Below, one piece after another: positions 24,763-38,200 of a stretch of 64,000 bases of DNA (the stretch's first letter is position 1; every line of letters begins with the position of its first letter). Under the pieces are notes generated by a model. That model saw only the letters and a list, made by a program, of their open reading frames with translations, was not told where the DNA came from and did no database searches. This stretch comes from Mobula hypostoma. Its lineage: Eukaryota. The DNA lies in contig NC_086108.1 of NCBI RefSeq assembly GCF_963921235.1, forward strand, positions 46,502,001-46,566,000, given 5' to 3'. The position numbers and the translations under genes are program-made.

Positions 24763-24997
24763 TGTTTTGTACTTTATATTCAGAAATACTTGAGTAATAT
24801 TGTAAATATATTGTTTGATTAAACATTCTTTGTTTAAATAATTAATTTTAGGTTTCTATGTAAAGGTATACATCTTTACTTCACGTCTTAAGTGCGTGGC
24901 TCGCTAAAAGTAAAAATAAAGTTTACATATTCTCCTGCTCTCCCTGAGTTGTTTTTATTCAATTAGTTTTTACATTTTGGAGTTGCAAAACATAACA
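24763..24997 (+). repeat. Probable solo LTR
   Basis: TGTTTTGT...CAAAACATAACA termini, internal AATAAA, flanks aggag/aggaa (near-TSD). Confidence 0.55.
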
Positions 24998-25507
24998 AGG
25001 AAAATTGGTTGAATTTTAGAAAGGTGATATTAATATACTGATATTAATCAGCCAAAAAGGAAATGGTTTGAGGATTTTCAATTGAGAACATTCGTGCATA
25101 TTTTGGTTTAATGTCAGGCAGCCTGATCACCACATCAAAGTGGTGGATGTAGATCTGCAGGAAAATGTAGATGTGAAAAGCAGAGATAGACTTCGAAGTT
25201 CACACAACCTAATCCTGTCTCCAGCCAAATAACATGCAAAACCAAGCATACAAGCATGCTGTTTGAATGGATGCACAGTGAGGAAAGATTGAAAAAATGG
25301 ACATGGGCAGATGGCTATAGACATGCCTTGAAATTTTTACCACACCCATTTGACCTTTTTGTTCTAGGCTTCCAGCATTTATACAGTCCCTTCAAAGAGA
25401 TGCCTGTCTTTTGTAGTTCCCCCCCCCCACCCCCACAGTTATCCATCATTTTTTTCTGAAAACTGCAAACAAATGTGAATAAAACTGTCAATTTATCTAC
25501 ACAGTAC

Positions 25508-25693
25508 CTTCACATGTTGGTGTTTGGGCTGACCATTGCCCAGAAATTTTACACTGGAGCCTGCTTAGTCCATTTAACAAAAATCCTTCAGAGCAGTTGA
25601 AATCACATGTTGAGTTGTATCCAAAATCTTGAAAAGGATCAATGCAATTCATCGTGCCATGCTCTGGAGTTGCCAAAGTTTCACATTGTTGAA
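25508..25693 (-). CDS. Selectin sushi/CCP exon 3 (VQQCETLATPEHGTMNCIDPFQDFGYNSTCDFNCSEGFLLNGLSRLQCKISGQWSAQTPTCE)
   Basis: Translated by hand. 186 bp, acceptor tttcag, donor AAG|gtactg. Confidence 0.95.
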
Positions 25694-25774
25694 CTGAAAG
25701 GAATTAAGCGAAAACCAATAAGGAAGTTGTTTCATTGAAAAATGGTATGCCACTATCTTAAAATAGAAACATGC

Positions 25775-25960
25775 CTTTGCATCTGGGTGGTTGCTCTGTC
25801 CATTGACCAGAAGCTAAACACTGGATTCTCTCTGCTCCATTCACCACATATCCTTCTCTGCAGCCAAAAGTACAGGTTGAATTGTAGCGGAATTTTCCAA
25901 ATGGATCAGAGCAGTTCATGACATCCTTTCTGGAAACCTCCACCCCTCTGCACCTGTTAG
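25775..25960 (-). CDS. Selectin sushi/CCP exon 2 (ANRCRGVEVSRKDVMNCSDPFGKFRYNSTCTFGCREGYVVNGAERIQCLASGQWTEQPPRCK)
   Basis: 186 bp, acceptor gttcag. Donor is non-canonical AAG|gcatgt. Confidence 0.92.
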
Positions 25961-26404
25961 CTGAACAATATGAGCAAATAAAAAAGCTGTTTGTACAAAA
26001 TTCAACAATTACTTATCATTATCAGCTTTAATTTTGAGTTCTTTTTACAATAAAAAGGAAATCATGGTCATTTTACTCTCCAGTGTAGTGCTTCCCAACC
26101 TGGGCAAGTGAGCCTATTATGAAGGCAATAAGAATTGAAGTGAGGCTTTATTAAGAAAGATTTTAGGTAAAGTTCACAAATAGAGTATAATTAATGAATA
26201 ATGATTTGGTAATACCACTTCCAGCAGTCCCAAGTTTTTCTGGAATAGCTCCAGGACCTGAAGTAGCAGTTCACAATGTTATTCGGTATTTCTTGGTTAG
26301 GGAATCGGGTGCCCACTTGCATTTTGTTGAGTGTAAAAGTATTAGGTGTCTCACTCAGAAAGCTTCCAGTGAATGGAAATTGAGAATATAAACATGGATT
26401 ATAC

Positions 26405-26596
26405 CTTCGCACTTGGGTACAGGTGCAGCCCAGTTTGCAGAAGCAGTACATCGCAGCCTCTTTTCCTTGTCTTCTTGTATTGAAAATCCTTCAACACAAC
26501 TAAAGTCACAAGTTGAGTTGTAGCTGAAAGTTCCGTAAGGATCAGAACAGTTCATAATGCCGTGGTCATGAGTCTCCAGTCTGAGGCACTTAAGAA
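26405..26596 (-). CDS. Selectin sushi/CCP exon 1 (VLKCLRLETHDHGIMNCSDPYGTFSYNSTCDFSCVEGFSIQEDKEKRLRCTASANWAAPVPKCE)
   Basis: 192 bp (two codons longer than the others), acceptor taaag, donor AAG|gtataa. Confidence 0.93.
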
Positions 26597-27315
26597 CTTT
26601 ATATAAAAAAAAAGTAACGCCGATATAATTTAAGAAAGTTTGGGTGTTTCATTCTCAAGACTCTTATAACCCAAATATGAAGCACTTCTGCTGATTTTGA
26701 CTGTATTTTTCCAAAATTCATTTTACATCGAGCATCTGAAGTTTTTGTAAAATTCTTATTTATACATGAAATTATTACAAAGTTAAAATATCACAAAAGC
26801 AACAACGTCATCCCCAAAATGTGTCAAAGAGTAATAAACCAAAAAAAAAGTTGGAGGAGTTGTATAAAAGGCATTGTCAGTCACCATTCAAACACTGCAT
26901 CATTAGGTAGGCACCCTGACCTGCTAAGTTTATTATTCTCTCACCTTTGGGAATTTTCAAAATGCCAGTGTGGCAAAGGGAAGCCCACAGTGGTATTATG
27001 GTTTACCAGGTTCAAACCAAACAATGGTAAGCCTAGGATCTTCAGTGCAGCTGATTGGCTGTACCACGTTCTGGAGTGTCATATCACTCACACTGGCAGT
27101 TCTAAAGAAATCTTTCACCACACCTGAACCATTAGCTCCTTTTTCTTCTCTCGACAGAATCTGCCTAACCTGCTGAGTCCACAGCTTGCTTTATTTCAGA
27201 TTCCCAAAAAAAACATTCTTTTTATATTTTCCATTTCCTACCAGGTTTCCTTCCCTAAAGAGCACTAATAAACCAGATTATTTTCAAGCAATATTGAGTT
27301 GTATTAAGAGCTCAC

Positions 27316-27423
27316 CATCTTGGCATAGTTTTCCATAGAATCCCTCATAGCAAACACACTTAAATGAACCAATTGTTTCCACACATTCACCATGGCCATT
27401 GCAACTGTCTGGAGCGCATGAAG
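27316..27423 (-). CDS. Selectin EGF-like domain exon (SCAPDSCNGHGECVETIGSFKCVCYEGFYGKLCQD)
   Basis: Not in the ORF track. 108 bp, acceptor tttcacag, donor ATG|gtgag. Selectin signature CxGHGECVETIxxxxCxCxxGFYGxxC. Confidence 0.95.
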
Positions 27424-27674
27424 CTGTGAAAAGATATAGCATATTTACTTTGTGCAAAGAAACAATATTAAAGGCTGATCAATACTTGTCCTCAGCTGTC
27501 ACAAGATTGCCAGTTTGATTCCAAAGATACGTTTGGCCACTGTTGTTTTATCTGTCCAGGATGACCCCAAATTCTCACATTATGTCATTTCATTGGGACC
27601 TCAGATACTCGACCGTTCTACCTGAGATATAATTTCACATATTGATCGTTTTTTGAATGAAGAACATGAAGTAT

Positions 27675-28190
27675 ATTCAGTGGCCACTTCATTAGAAGAC
27701 TCCTGTAGCTACTAAACTACATGATGTGTTGTGCCTTCAGACATGCTCTTCTGCACACCACTGTTGTAGTGCAATGGTTATTTGAGTTCATGTCACTGAC
27801 CTGGCAGCTTGAATTGAACCAGTCTGGCCATTGTTCGCTTACCTCTCTCATTAACAGGGCGTTTTTGCCCACAGAATCATTGCTCCTTGGATTTTTTTCC
27901 TTTTGTTTATTTGCACCGTTTTCTGTAAACTCTACAGATGGTTGTGCGTGAAGATCCCACGCGAGCAGCAATTTCTGTGATACTCAAACCACCCTAACTG
28001 GCAACAACAATCATCCTATGGTCATGGTCATTTAGATCACATTTCTTCTCCATTCTGATGTTTAGTCTGAACCTCGTGACCATGTTGGCATGCTTTTATG
28101 CATTGAGTTGCTGCCGTTTGATTGGCTAATCAGCTATGTACATTAACAAGCAGATGTACAGATGTAACTAATAAAGTGGCCACTCCACTG
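27675..28190 (-). mobile_element. Tc1/mariner-derived non-autonomous element
   Basis: TIRs cagtggccacttcattag (27678-27695) and ctaataaagtggccact (28168-28184). Degraded Tc1 N-terminal sequence lies between them. Confidence 0.8.
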
Positions 28191-28519
28191 TGTCTAAGGA
28201 AGAACATTGTATAAAATTTGCTTTTTCCTGTCTTGCATATTGATTATTCACAAGTCTTTTTTTTTTGCTTTTACCTTACACATTCCACTTATTTCAAATT
28301 ATAAATATGATGTCTATTAGATCACTTCAAGTTCCTCTTTAGCACATCCTAATGAGCCAGTTCAGCATTGTTGTGGCCTGGATATATATTTTAAATTGTT
28401 AATACTCATTTAAAATCTGCTTGATTGGCATTTGAAAGGGCATAAATTAGAGAAATGGATTAATATCAGAACACTGTCAGATAATCAATTTTAAACAACT
28501 TTAAATGGATCCCCCAAGA

Positions 28520-29247
28520 TTGACCCTCATGTAACAGGGTGGGCAGCACACTGACTAAATAGAGTGCCCCCAACTCTGTACCTGGGACTCACTGCTCCCC
28601 AACCATCACATGAGGCTCCTGATGGTCTTCCCCTGCTACTGATCATGCTACACCCCACCTCCACAAATCACTGGTATCATATCCCACCCTGCAAAACCAA
28701 ACACCACCCCACCCTTCCTCTCCCTCCTCTCCTCCAAGTCCCTATCTCCCTATAGTACTACCTCTCCACAAGCCCATCATGTTACCCTCTTCTAATGCCA
28801 TGCCTGGCCCCAGCTTTAACCACTACAATGTATTTAGTATCCGCTCAGGCCTCCCTCTCTCTGACACTGAGGGGTTTGTTCCCAAAGAAAGCCTCGCCTT
28901 TCTGTTCCTGAGCCCACACCTCTTTCAGTTCTGAGCCTGTCATCGTGTCAAGCTAAGTTTTGGTCAGCTCCACCTCAGTGCCCCATTCCTTGGGAGAGAG
29001 TTTTAATTCCACTTCCAACACTGAGCTGTCTGTCCTCTGCCTTCCCCACTGCCAAGATGATCCAAAGGGCAATCTGGAAGAACAGCAGCTCATATTCCTC
29101 CTATGCTCTCTACAAACCAAATGACATGAACACTGAATTACTCAATATCATGTAAACTACACGCTTTCTGCCTCTCTACCCAGATCTGTTTCCTTATCTC
29201 CACCTCCAAAGACCTCTATCTGTTTCTTTCCCCTTCCAAACCTACTT
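28520..29247 (+). mobile_element. Old Penelope-like remnant (GIY-YIG C-terminus and C/T-rich 3' tail) running directly into the satellite
   Basis: FNSTSNTELSVLCLPHCQDDPKGNLEEQQLIFLLCSLQ..DMNTEL at ~29000-29150, homologous to the minus-strand copy at ~24140-24280. The 5' boundary is approximate. Confidence 0.7.
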
Positions 29248-32200
29248 CATCTGCCCTTCACCCTCACACTCCCACTGTTCCCATCTACCCTTCACCCTCA
29301 CACTCCCACTGTTCCCATCTACCCTTCACCCTCACACTCCCACTGTTCCCATCTGCCCTTCACCCCCACACTCCCACTGTTCCCATCTGCCCTTCACCCT
29401 CACACTCCCACTGTTCCCATCTGCCCTTCACCCCCACACTCCCACTGTTCCCATCCACCCTTCACCCTCACACTCCCACTATTCCCAAGTGCCCTTCACC
29501 CGCACATTCCCACTGTTCCCATCTACCCTTCACCCTCACACTCCCACTGTTCCCATCTGCCCTTCACCCTCACACTCCCACTGTTCCCATCTGCCCTTCA
29601 CCCTCACACTCCCACTGTTCCCATCTACCCTTCACCCGCACATTCCCACTGTTCCCATCTGCCCTTCACACTCACACTCCCACTGTTCCCATCTGCTCTT
29701 CACCCCCACACTCCCACTGTTCCCATCTATCCTTCACCCCCACACTCCCACTGTTCCCATCTACCATTCACCCTCACACTCCCACTGTTCCCATCTGCCC
29801 TTCACCCTCACACTCCCACTGCTCCTATCTGCCCTTCACTCTCACACTCCCACTGTTCCCATCTGCCCTTCACCCTCACAGTCCCACTGTTCCCATCTAC
29901 ACTTCACCCTCAAACTCCCACTGTTCCCATCTGCCCTTCACCCTCACACCTCCACTGTACCCATCTGCCCTTCACCCTCACACTCCCACTGTTGCCATCT
30001 GCCCTTCACCCTCACAGTCCCACTGTTCCCATCTACCCTTCACCCCAACACTCCCACTGTTCCCATCTACCCTTCACCCTCACACTCCCAGTTCCCATCT
30101 ACCCTTCACCCTCACACTCCCACTATTCCCATCTACCCTTCACCCCCACACTCCCACTGTTCCCATCTGCCCTTCACCCCCACACTCCCACTGTTCCTAT
30201 CTGCCCTTCACCCTCACACTCCCACTGTTCCCATCTGACCTTCACCCTCACACTCCCACTGTTCCCACCCGCCCTTCACACTCACACTCCCACTGATCCC
30301 ATCTACCCTTCCCCCCACACTACCACTGTTCCCATCTACCCTTCACCCTCACACTCCAACTGTTCCCATCTGCCCTTCACCCTCACAGTCCCACTGTTCC
30401 CATCTGCCCTTCACCCTCACACTCCCACTATTCCCATCTGACCTTCACCCTCACACTCCCACTGTTCCCACCCGCCCTTCACACTCACACTCGCACTATT
30501 CCCATCCACCCTTCACCCCCACACTCCCACTGTTCCCGTCTGCCCTTCACACTCACACTCCCACTTATCCCATCTACCCTTCACCCGCACACTCCCACTG
30601 TTCCCATCTACCTTTCACCCTCACACTCCCACTGTTCCCATCTGCCCTTCACCCGCACACTCCCACTGTTCCCAAGTGCCCTTCACCCGCACATTCCCAC
30701 TGTTCCCATCTGCCCTTCACCCTCACACTCCCACTGTTCCCATCTACCCTTCAACCTCACACTCCCACTGTTCCCGTCTGCCCTTCACCCCCACACTCCC
30801 ACTGTTCCCATCTGCCCTTCACCCTCACATTCCCACTGTTCCCATCTACCCTTCAACCTCACACTCCCACTGTTCCCGTCTGCCCTTCACCCCCACACTC
30901 CCACTGTTCCCATCTGCCCTTCACCCTCACACTCCCACTGTTCCCATCTACACTTCACCTTCACACTACCACTGTTCCCATCTACCCTTCACCCCCACAC
31001 TACCACTGTTCCGATCTGCCCTTCACCCCCACACTCCCACTGTTCCCATCTATCCTTCACCCCGACACTCCCACTGTTCCCATCTACCCTTCACCCTCAC
31101 ACTCCCACTGTTCCCATCTGCCCTTCACCCCCACAATCACACGGTTCCCATCTGCCCTTCACCCTCACACTCCCACTGTTCCCATCTACCCTTCACCCGC
31201 ACATTCCCACTGTTCCCATCTGCCCTTCACCCTCACACTCCCACTGTTCCCATCAACCCTTCACCCTCACACTACCACTGTTCCCATCTATCCTTAACCC
31301 CCACACTCCCACTGTTCCCATCTACCCTTCACCCTCACACTCCCACTGTTCCCATCTGCCCTTCACCCCCACACTCCCACTGTTCCCATCTACCCTTCAC
31401 CCTCACTCCCACTGTTCCCATCTACCCTTCACGCTCACACTCCCACTGTTCCCATCTGCCCTTCACCCTCACACTCCCACTGCTCCCATCTGCCCTTCAC
31501 CCTCACACTCCCACTGTTCCCATCTGCCCTTCACCCTCACATTCCCACTGTTCCCATCTACCCTTCACCCTCACAATCCCACTGTTCCCATCTGCCCTTC
31601 ACCCCCACACTCCCACGGTTCCCATCTGCCCTTCACCCCCACACTCCCACTGTTCCCATCTACCCTTCAGCCCCACACTCCCACTGTTCCCATCCACCCT
31701 TCACCCTCACACTCCCACTATTCCCAAGTGCCCTTCACCCGCACATTCCCACTGTTCCCATCTACCCTTCACCCTCACACTCCCACTGTTCCCATCTGCC
31801 CTTCACCCTCACACTCCCACTGTTCCCATCTGCCCTTCACCCTCACACTCCCACTGTTCCCATCTACCCTTCACCCGCACATTCCCACTGTTCCCATCTG
31901 CCCTTCACCCTCACACTCCCACTGTTCCCATCTGCTCTTCACCCCCACACTCCCACTGTTCCCATCTATCCTTCACCCCCACACTCCCACTGTTCCCATC
32001 GACCATTCACCCTCACACTCCCACTGTTCCCATCTGCCCTTCACTCTCACACTCCCACTGTTCCCATCTGCCCTTCACCCTCACATTCCCACTGTTCCCA
32101 TCTACACTTCACCCTCAAACTCCCACTGTTCCCATCTGCCCTTCACCCTCACACCTCCACTGTACCCATCTGCCCTTCACCCTCACACTCCCACTGTTCC

Positions 32201-35200
32201 CATCTGCCCTTCACCCTCACACTCCCACTGTTCCCATCCGCCCTTCACCCTCACACTCCCACTGATCCCATCTACCCTTCACCCCCACACGACCACTATT
32301 CCCATCCACCCTTCACCCTCACACTCCCACTGCTGCCATCTGCCCTTCACCCTCACAGTCCCACTGTTCCCATCTACCCTTCACCCCAACACTCCCACTG
32401 TTCCCATCTACCCTTCACCCTCACACTCCCAGTTCCCATCTACCCTTCACCCTCACACTCCCACTATTCCCATCTACCCTTCACCCCCACACTCCAACTG
32501 TTCCCATCTGCCCTTCACCCCCACACTCCCACTGTTCCCATCTGCCCTTCACCCTCACACTCCCACTGTTCCCATCTGACCTTCACCCTCACACTCCCAC
32601 TGTTCCCACCCGCCCTTCACACTCACACTCCCACTGATCCCATCTAACCTTCCCCCCACACTACCACTGTTCCCATCTACCCTTCACCCTCACACTCCCA
32701 CTGTTCCCATCTGCCCTTCACCCTCACAGTCCCACTGTTCCCATCTGCCCTTCACCCTCACACTCCCACTATTCCCATCTGACCTTCACCCTCACACTCC
32801 CACTGTTCCCACCCGCCCTTCACACTCACACTATTCCCATCCACACTTCACCCCCACACTCCCACAGTTCCCTTCTGCCCTTCACACTCACACTCCCACT
32901 GATCCCATCTACCCTTCACCCGCACACTCCCACTGTTCCCATCTACCTTTCACCCTCACACTCCCACTGTTCCCATCTGACCTTCACCCTCACACTCCCA
33001 CTGTTCCCATCTACCCTTCAACCTCACACTCCCACTGTTCCCGTCTGCCCTTCACCCCCACACTCCCACTGTTCCCATCTGCCCTTCACCCTCACACTCC
33101 CACTGTTCCCATCTACCCTTCACCCTCACACTCCCACTGTTCCCATCTACCCTTCACCCCCACACTACCACTGTTCCGATCTGCCCTTCACCCCCACACT
33201 CCCACTGTTCCCATCTATCCTTCACCCCCACACTCCCACTGTTCCCATCTACCCTTCACCCTCACACTCCCACTGTTCCCATCTGCCCTTCACCCCCACA
33301 CTCCCACGGTTCCCATCTGCCCTTCACCCTCACACTCCCACTGTTCCCATCTACCCTTCACCCGCACATTCCCACTGTTCCCATCTGCCCTTCACCCTCA
33401 CACTCCCACTGTTCCCATCTACCCTTCACCCTCACACTACCACTGTTCCCATCTATCCTTCACCCCCACACTCCCACTGTTCCCATCTACCCTTCACCCT
33501 CACACTCCCACTGTTCCCATCTGCCCTTCACCCCCACACTCCCACTGTTCCCATCTACCCTTCACCCTCACTCCCACTGTTCCCATCTACCCTTCACCCT
33601 CACACTCCCACTGTTCCCATCTGCCCTTCACCCTCACACTCCCACTGCTCCCATCTGCCCTTCACCCTCACACTCCCACTGTTCCCATCTGCCCTTCACC
33701 CTCACATTCCCACTGTTCCCATCTACCCTTCACCCTCACAATCCCACTGTTCCCATCTGCCCTTCACCCCGACACTCCCACGGTTCCCAACTGCCCTTCA
33801 CCCCCACACTCCCACTGTTCCCATCTACCCTTCAGCCCCACACTCCCACTGTTCCCATCTACCCTTCACCCTCACACTCCCACTGTTCCCATCTGCCCTT
33901 CACCCCCACACTCCCACGGTTCCCATCCGCCCTTCACCCCCACACTCCCACTGTTCCCATCCACCCTTCACCCTCACACTCCCACTGTTCCCATCCACCC
34001 TTCACCCTCACACTCCCACTGTTCCCATCCACCCTTCACCCCCACACTCCCACTGTTCCCATCGACCATTCACCCTCACACTCCCACTGTTCTCATCTGC
34101 CCTTCACTCTCACACTCCCACTGTTCCCATCTGCCCTTCACCCTCACATTCCCACTGTTCCCATCTACACTTCACCCTCAAACTCCCACTGTTCCCATCT
34201 GCCCTTCACCCTCACACCTCCACTGTACCCAGCTGCCCTTCACCCTCACACTCCCACCGTTCCCATCTGCCCTTCACCCTCACACTCCCACTGTTCCCAT
34301 CTGCCCTTCACCCTTACACTCCCACTGATCCCATCTACCCTTCACCCCCACACGACCACTGTTCCCATCTACCCTTCACCCTCACACTCCCACTGTTGCC
34401 ATCTGCCCTTCACCCTCACAGTCCCACTGTTCCCATCTACCCTTCACCCCAACACTCCCACTGTTCCCATCTACCCTTCACCCTCACACTCCCAGTTCCC
34501 ATCTACCCTTCACCCTCACACTCCCACTATTCCCATCTACCCTTCACCCCCACACTCCCACTGTTCCCATCTGCCCTTCACTCCCACACTCCCACTGTTC
34601 CCATCTGCCCTTCACCCTCACAGTCCCACTGTTCCCATCTGACCTTCACCCTCACACTCCCACTATTCCCACCCGCCCTTCACACTCACACTCCCACTGA
34701 TCCCATCTACCCTTCCCCCCACACTACCACTGATCCCATCTACCCTTCACCCTCACACTCCCACTGTTCCCATTTGCCCTTCACCCTCACAGTCCCACTG
34801 TTCCCATCTGCCCTTCACCCTCACACTCCCACTATTCCCATCTGACCTTCACCCTCACACTCCCACTGTTCCCACCCGCCCTTCACACTCACACTCGCAC
34901 TATTCCCATCCACACTTCACCCCCACACTCCCACTGTTCCCGTCTGCCCTTCACACTCACACTCCCACTGATCCCATCTACCCTTCACCCGCACACTCCC
35001 ACTGTTCCCATCTACCTTTCACCCTCACACTCCCACTGTTCCCATCTGCCCTTCACCCTCACACTCCCACTGTTCCCATCTACCCTTCACCCTCACACTC
35101 CCACTGTTCCCATCTGCCCTTCACCCTCACACTCCCACTGTTCCCATCTGCCCTTCACCCTCACACTCCCACTGTTCCCATCTACCCTTCACCCTCACAC

Positions 35201-38200
35201 TCCCACTGTTCCCATCTACCCTTCACCCCCACACTACCACTGTTCCGATCTGCCCTTCACCCCCACACTCCCACTGTTCCCATCTATCCTTCACCCCCAC
35301 ACTCCCACTGTTCCCATCTACCCTTCACCCTCACACTCCCACTGTTCCCATCTGCCCTTCACCCCCACAATCCCACGGTTCCCATCTGCCCTTCACCCTC
35401 ACACTCCCACTGTTCCCATCTACCCTTCACCCGCACATTCCCACTGTTCCCATCTGCCCTTCACCCTCACACTCCCACTGTTCCCATCTACCCTTCACCC
35501 TCACACTACCACTGTTCCCATCTATCCTTCACCCTCACACTCCCACTGTTCCCATCTACCCTTCACCCTCACACTCCCACTGTTCCCATCTGCCCTTCAC
35601 CCCCACACTCCCACTGTTCCCATCTACCCTTCACCCTCACACTCCCACTGTTCCCATCTACCCTTCACCCTCACACTCCCACTGTTCCCATCTGCCCTTC
35701 ACCCCCACACTCCCACTGTTCCCATCTACCCTTCACCCTCACACTCCCACTGTTCCCATCTACCCTTCACCCTCACACTCCCACTGTTCCCATCTACCCT
35801 TCACCCCCACACTCCCACTGTTCCCATCGCCCCTTCAGCCACACACTCCCACTGTTCCCATCTACCCTTCACCCCCACACTCCCACTGTTCCCATCACAC
35901 CCTTCACGCTCACACTCCCACTGTTCCCATCCACCCTTCACCCTCACACTCCCACTGTTCCCATCTACCCTTCACCCCCACACTCCCACTGTTCCCATCT
36001 ACCATTCACCCTCACACTCCCACTGTTCCCATCTACCCTTCACTCTCACACTCCCACTGTTCCCATCTACCCTTCACCCTCACACTCCCACTGTTCCCAT
36101 CTACCCTTCACCCTCACACTCCCACTGTTCCCATCTACCCTTCAGCCCCACACTCCCAGTGTTCCCATCTACCCTTCACCCTCACACTCCCACTGTTCCC
36201 ATCTACCCTTCACCCTCACACTCCCACTGTTCCCATCTACCCTTCAGCCCCACACTCCCACTGTTCCCAGCTGCCCTTCACCCTCACACTCCCACTGTTC
36301 CCATCTACCCTTCACCCTCACACTCCCACTGTTCCCATCTACCATTCACCCTGACACTCCCACTGTTCCCATCTGCCCTTCACACTCACACTCCCACTGT
36401 TCCCATCTGCCCTTCACCCTCACACCTCCACTGTACCCATCCGCCCTTCACCCTCACACTCCCAATGTTCCCATCTGCCCTTCACCCCCACACTCCCACG
36501 GTTCCCATCTGCCCTTCACCCTCACACTCCCACTGTTCCCATCTACCCTTCCCCCCACACTCCCACTGTTCCAATCTACCATTCACACTCACACTCCCAC
36601 TGTTCCCATCTACCCTTCACCCTCACACTCCCACTGTTCCCATCTGCCCTTCACCCCCACACTCCCACTGTTCCAATCTACCATTCACACTCACACTCCC
36701 ACTGTTCCCATCTGCCCTTCACGCCCACCCTCCCACTGTTCCCATCTGCCCTTCACACTCACACTCCCACTGATCCCATCTACCCTTCACCAGCACACTC
36801 CCACTGTACCCATCTGCCCTTCACCCGCACACTCCCACTGTTCCCAAATGCCCTTCACCCGCACACTCCCACTGTTCCCAAGTGCCCTTCACGCACACAT
36901 TCCCACTGTTCCCATCTGCGCTTCACCCTCACACTCCCACTGTTCCCATCTACCCTTCAACCTCACACTCCCACTGTTCACATCTGCCCTTCACCCCCAC
37001 ACTCCCACTGTTCCCATCTACCCTTCACCCTCACTCCCACTGTTCCCATCTACCCTTCACCCTCACACTCCCACTGTTCCCATCTGCCCTTCACCCTCAC
37101 ACTCCCACTGCTCCCATCTGCCCTTCACCCTCACACTCCCACTGTTCCCATCTGCCCTTCACCCTCACATTCCCACTGTTCCCATCTACCCTTCACCCTC
37201 ACAATCCCACTGTTCCCATCTGCCCATCACCCCGACACTCCCACGGTTCCCATCTGCCCTTCACCCCCACACTCCCACTGTTCCCATCTACCCTTCAGCC
37301 CCACACTCCCACTGTTCCCATCTACCCTTCACCCTCACACTCCCACTGTTCCCATCTGCCCTTCACCCCCACACTCCCACGGTTCCCATCCGCCCTTCAC
37401 CCCCACACTCCCACTGTTCCCATCCACCCTTCACCCTCACACTCCCACTGTTCCCATCCACCATTCACCCTCACACTCCCACTGTTCCCATCCACCCTGC
37501 ACCCCCACACTCCCACTGTTCCCATCGACCATTCACCCTCACACTCCCACTGTTCTCATCTGCCCTTCACTCTCACACTCCCACTGTTCCCATCTGCCCT
37601 TCACCCTCACATTCCCACTGTTCCCATCTACACTTCACCCTCAAACTCCCACTGTTCCCATCTGCCCTTCACCCTCACACCTCCACTGTACCCATCTGCC
37701 CTTCACCCTCACACTCCCACTGTTCCCATCTGCCCTTCACTCCCACACTCCCACTGTTCCCATCTGCCCTTCACCCTCACAGTCCCACTGTTCCCATCTG
37801 ACCTTCACCCTCACACTCCCACTGTTCCCACCCGCCCTTCACACTCACACTCCCACTGATCCCATCTACCCTTCCCCCCACACTACCACTGATCCCATCT
37901 ACCCTTCACCCTCACACTCCCACTGTTCCCATTTGCCCTTCACCCTCACAGTCCCACTGTTCCCATCTGCCCTTCACCCTCACACTCCCACTATTCCCAT
38001 CTGACCTTCACCCTCACACTCCCACTGTTCCCACCCGCCCTTCACACTCACACTCGCACTATTCCCATCCACACTTCACCCCCACACTCCCACTGTTCCC
38101 GTCTGCCCTTCACACTCACACTCCCACTGATCCCATCTACCCTTCACCCGCACACTCCCACTGTTCCCATCTACCTTTCACCCTCACACTCCCACTGTTC

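Noticed and set aside
26194..26391. 65-aa plus-strand ORF between sushi exons 1 and 2
   Set aside because: No domain similarity and no convincing splice context; probably chance.
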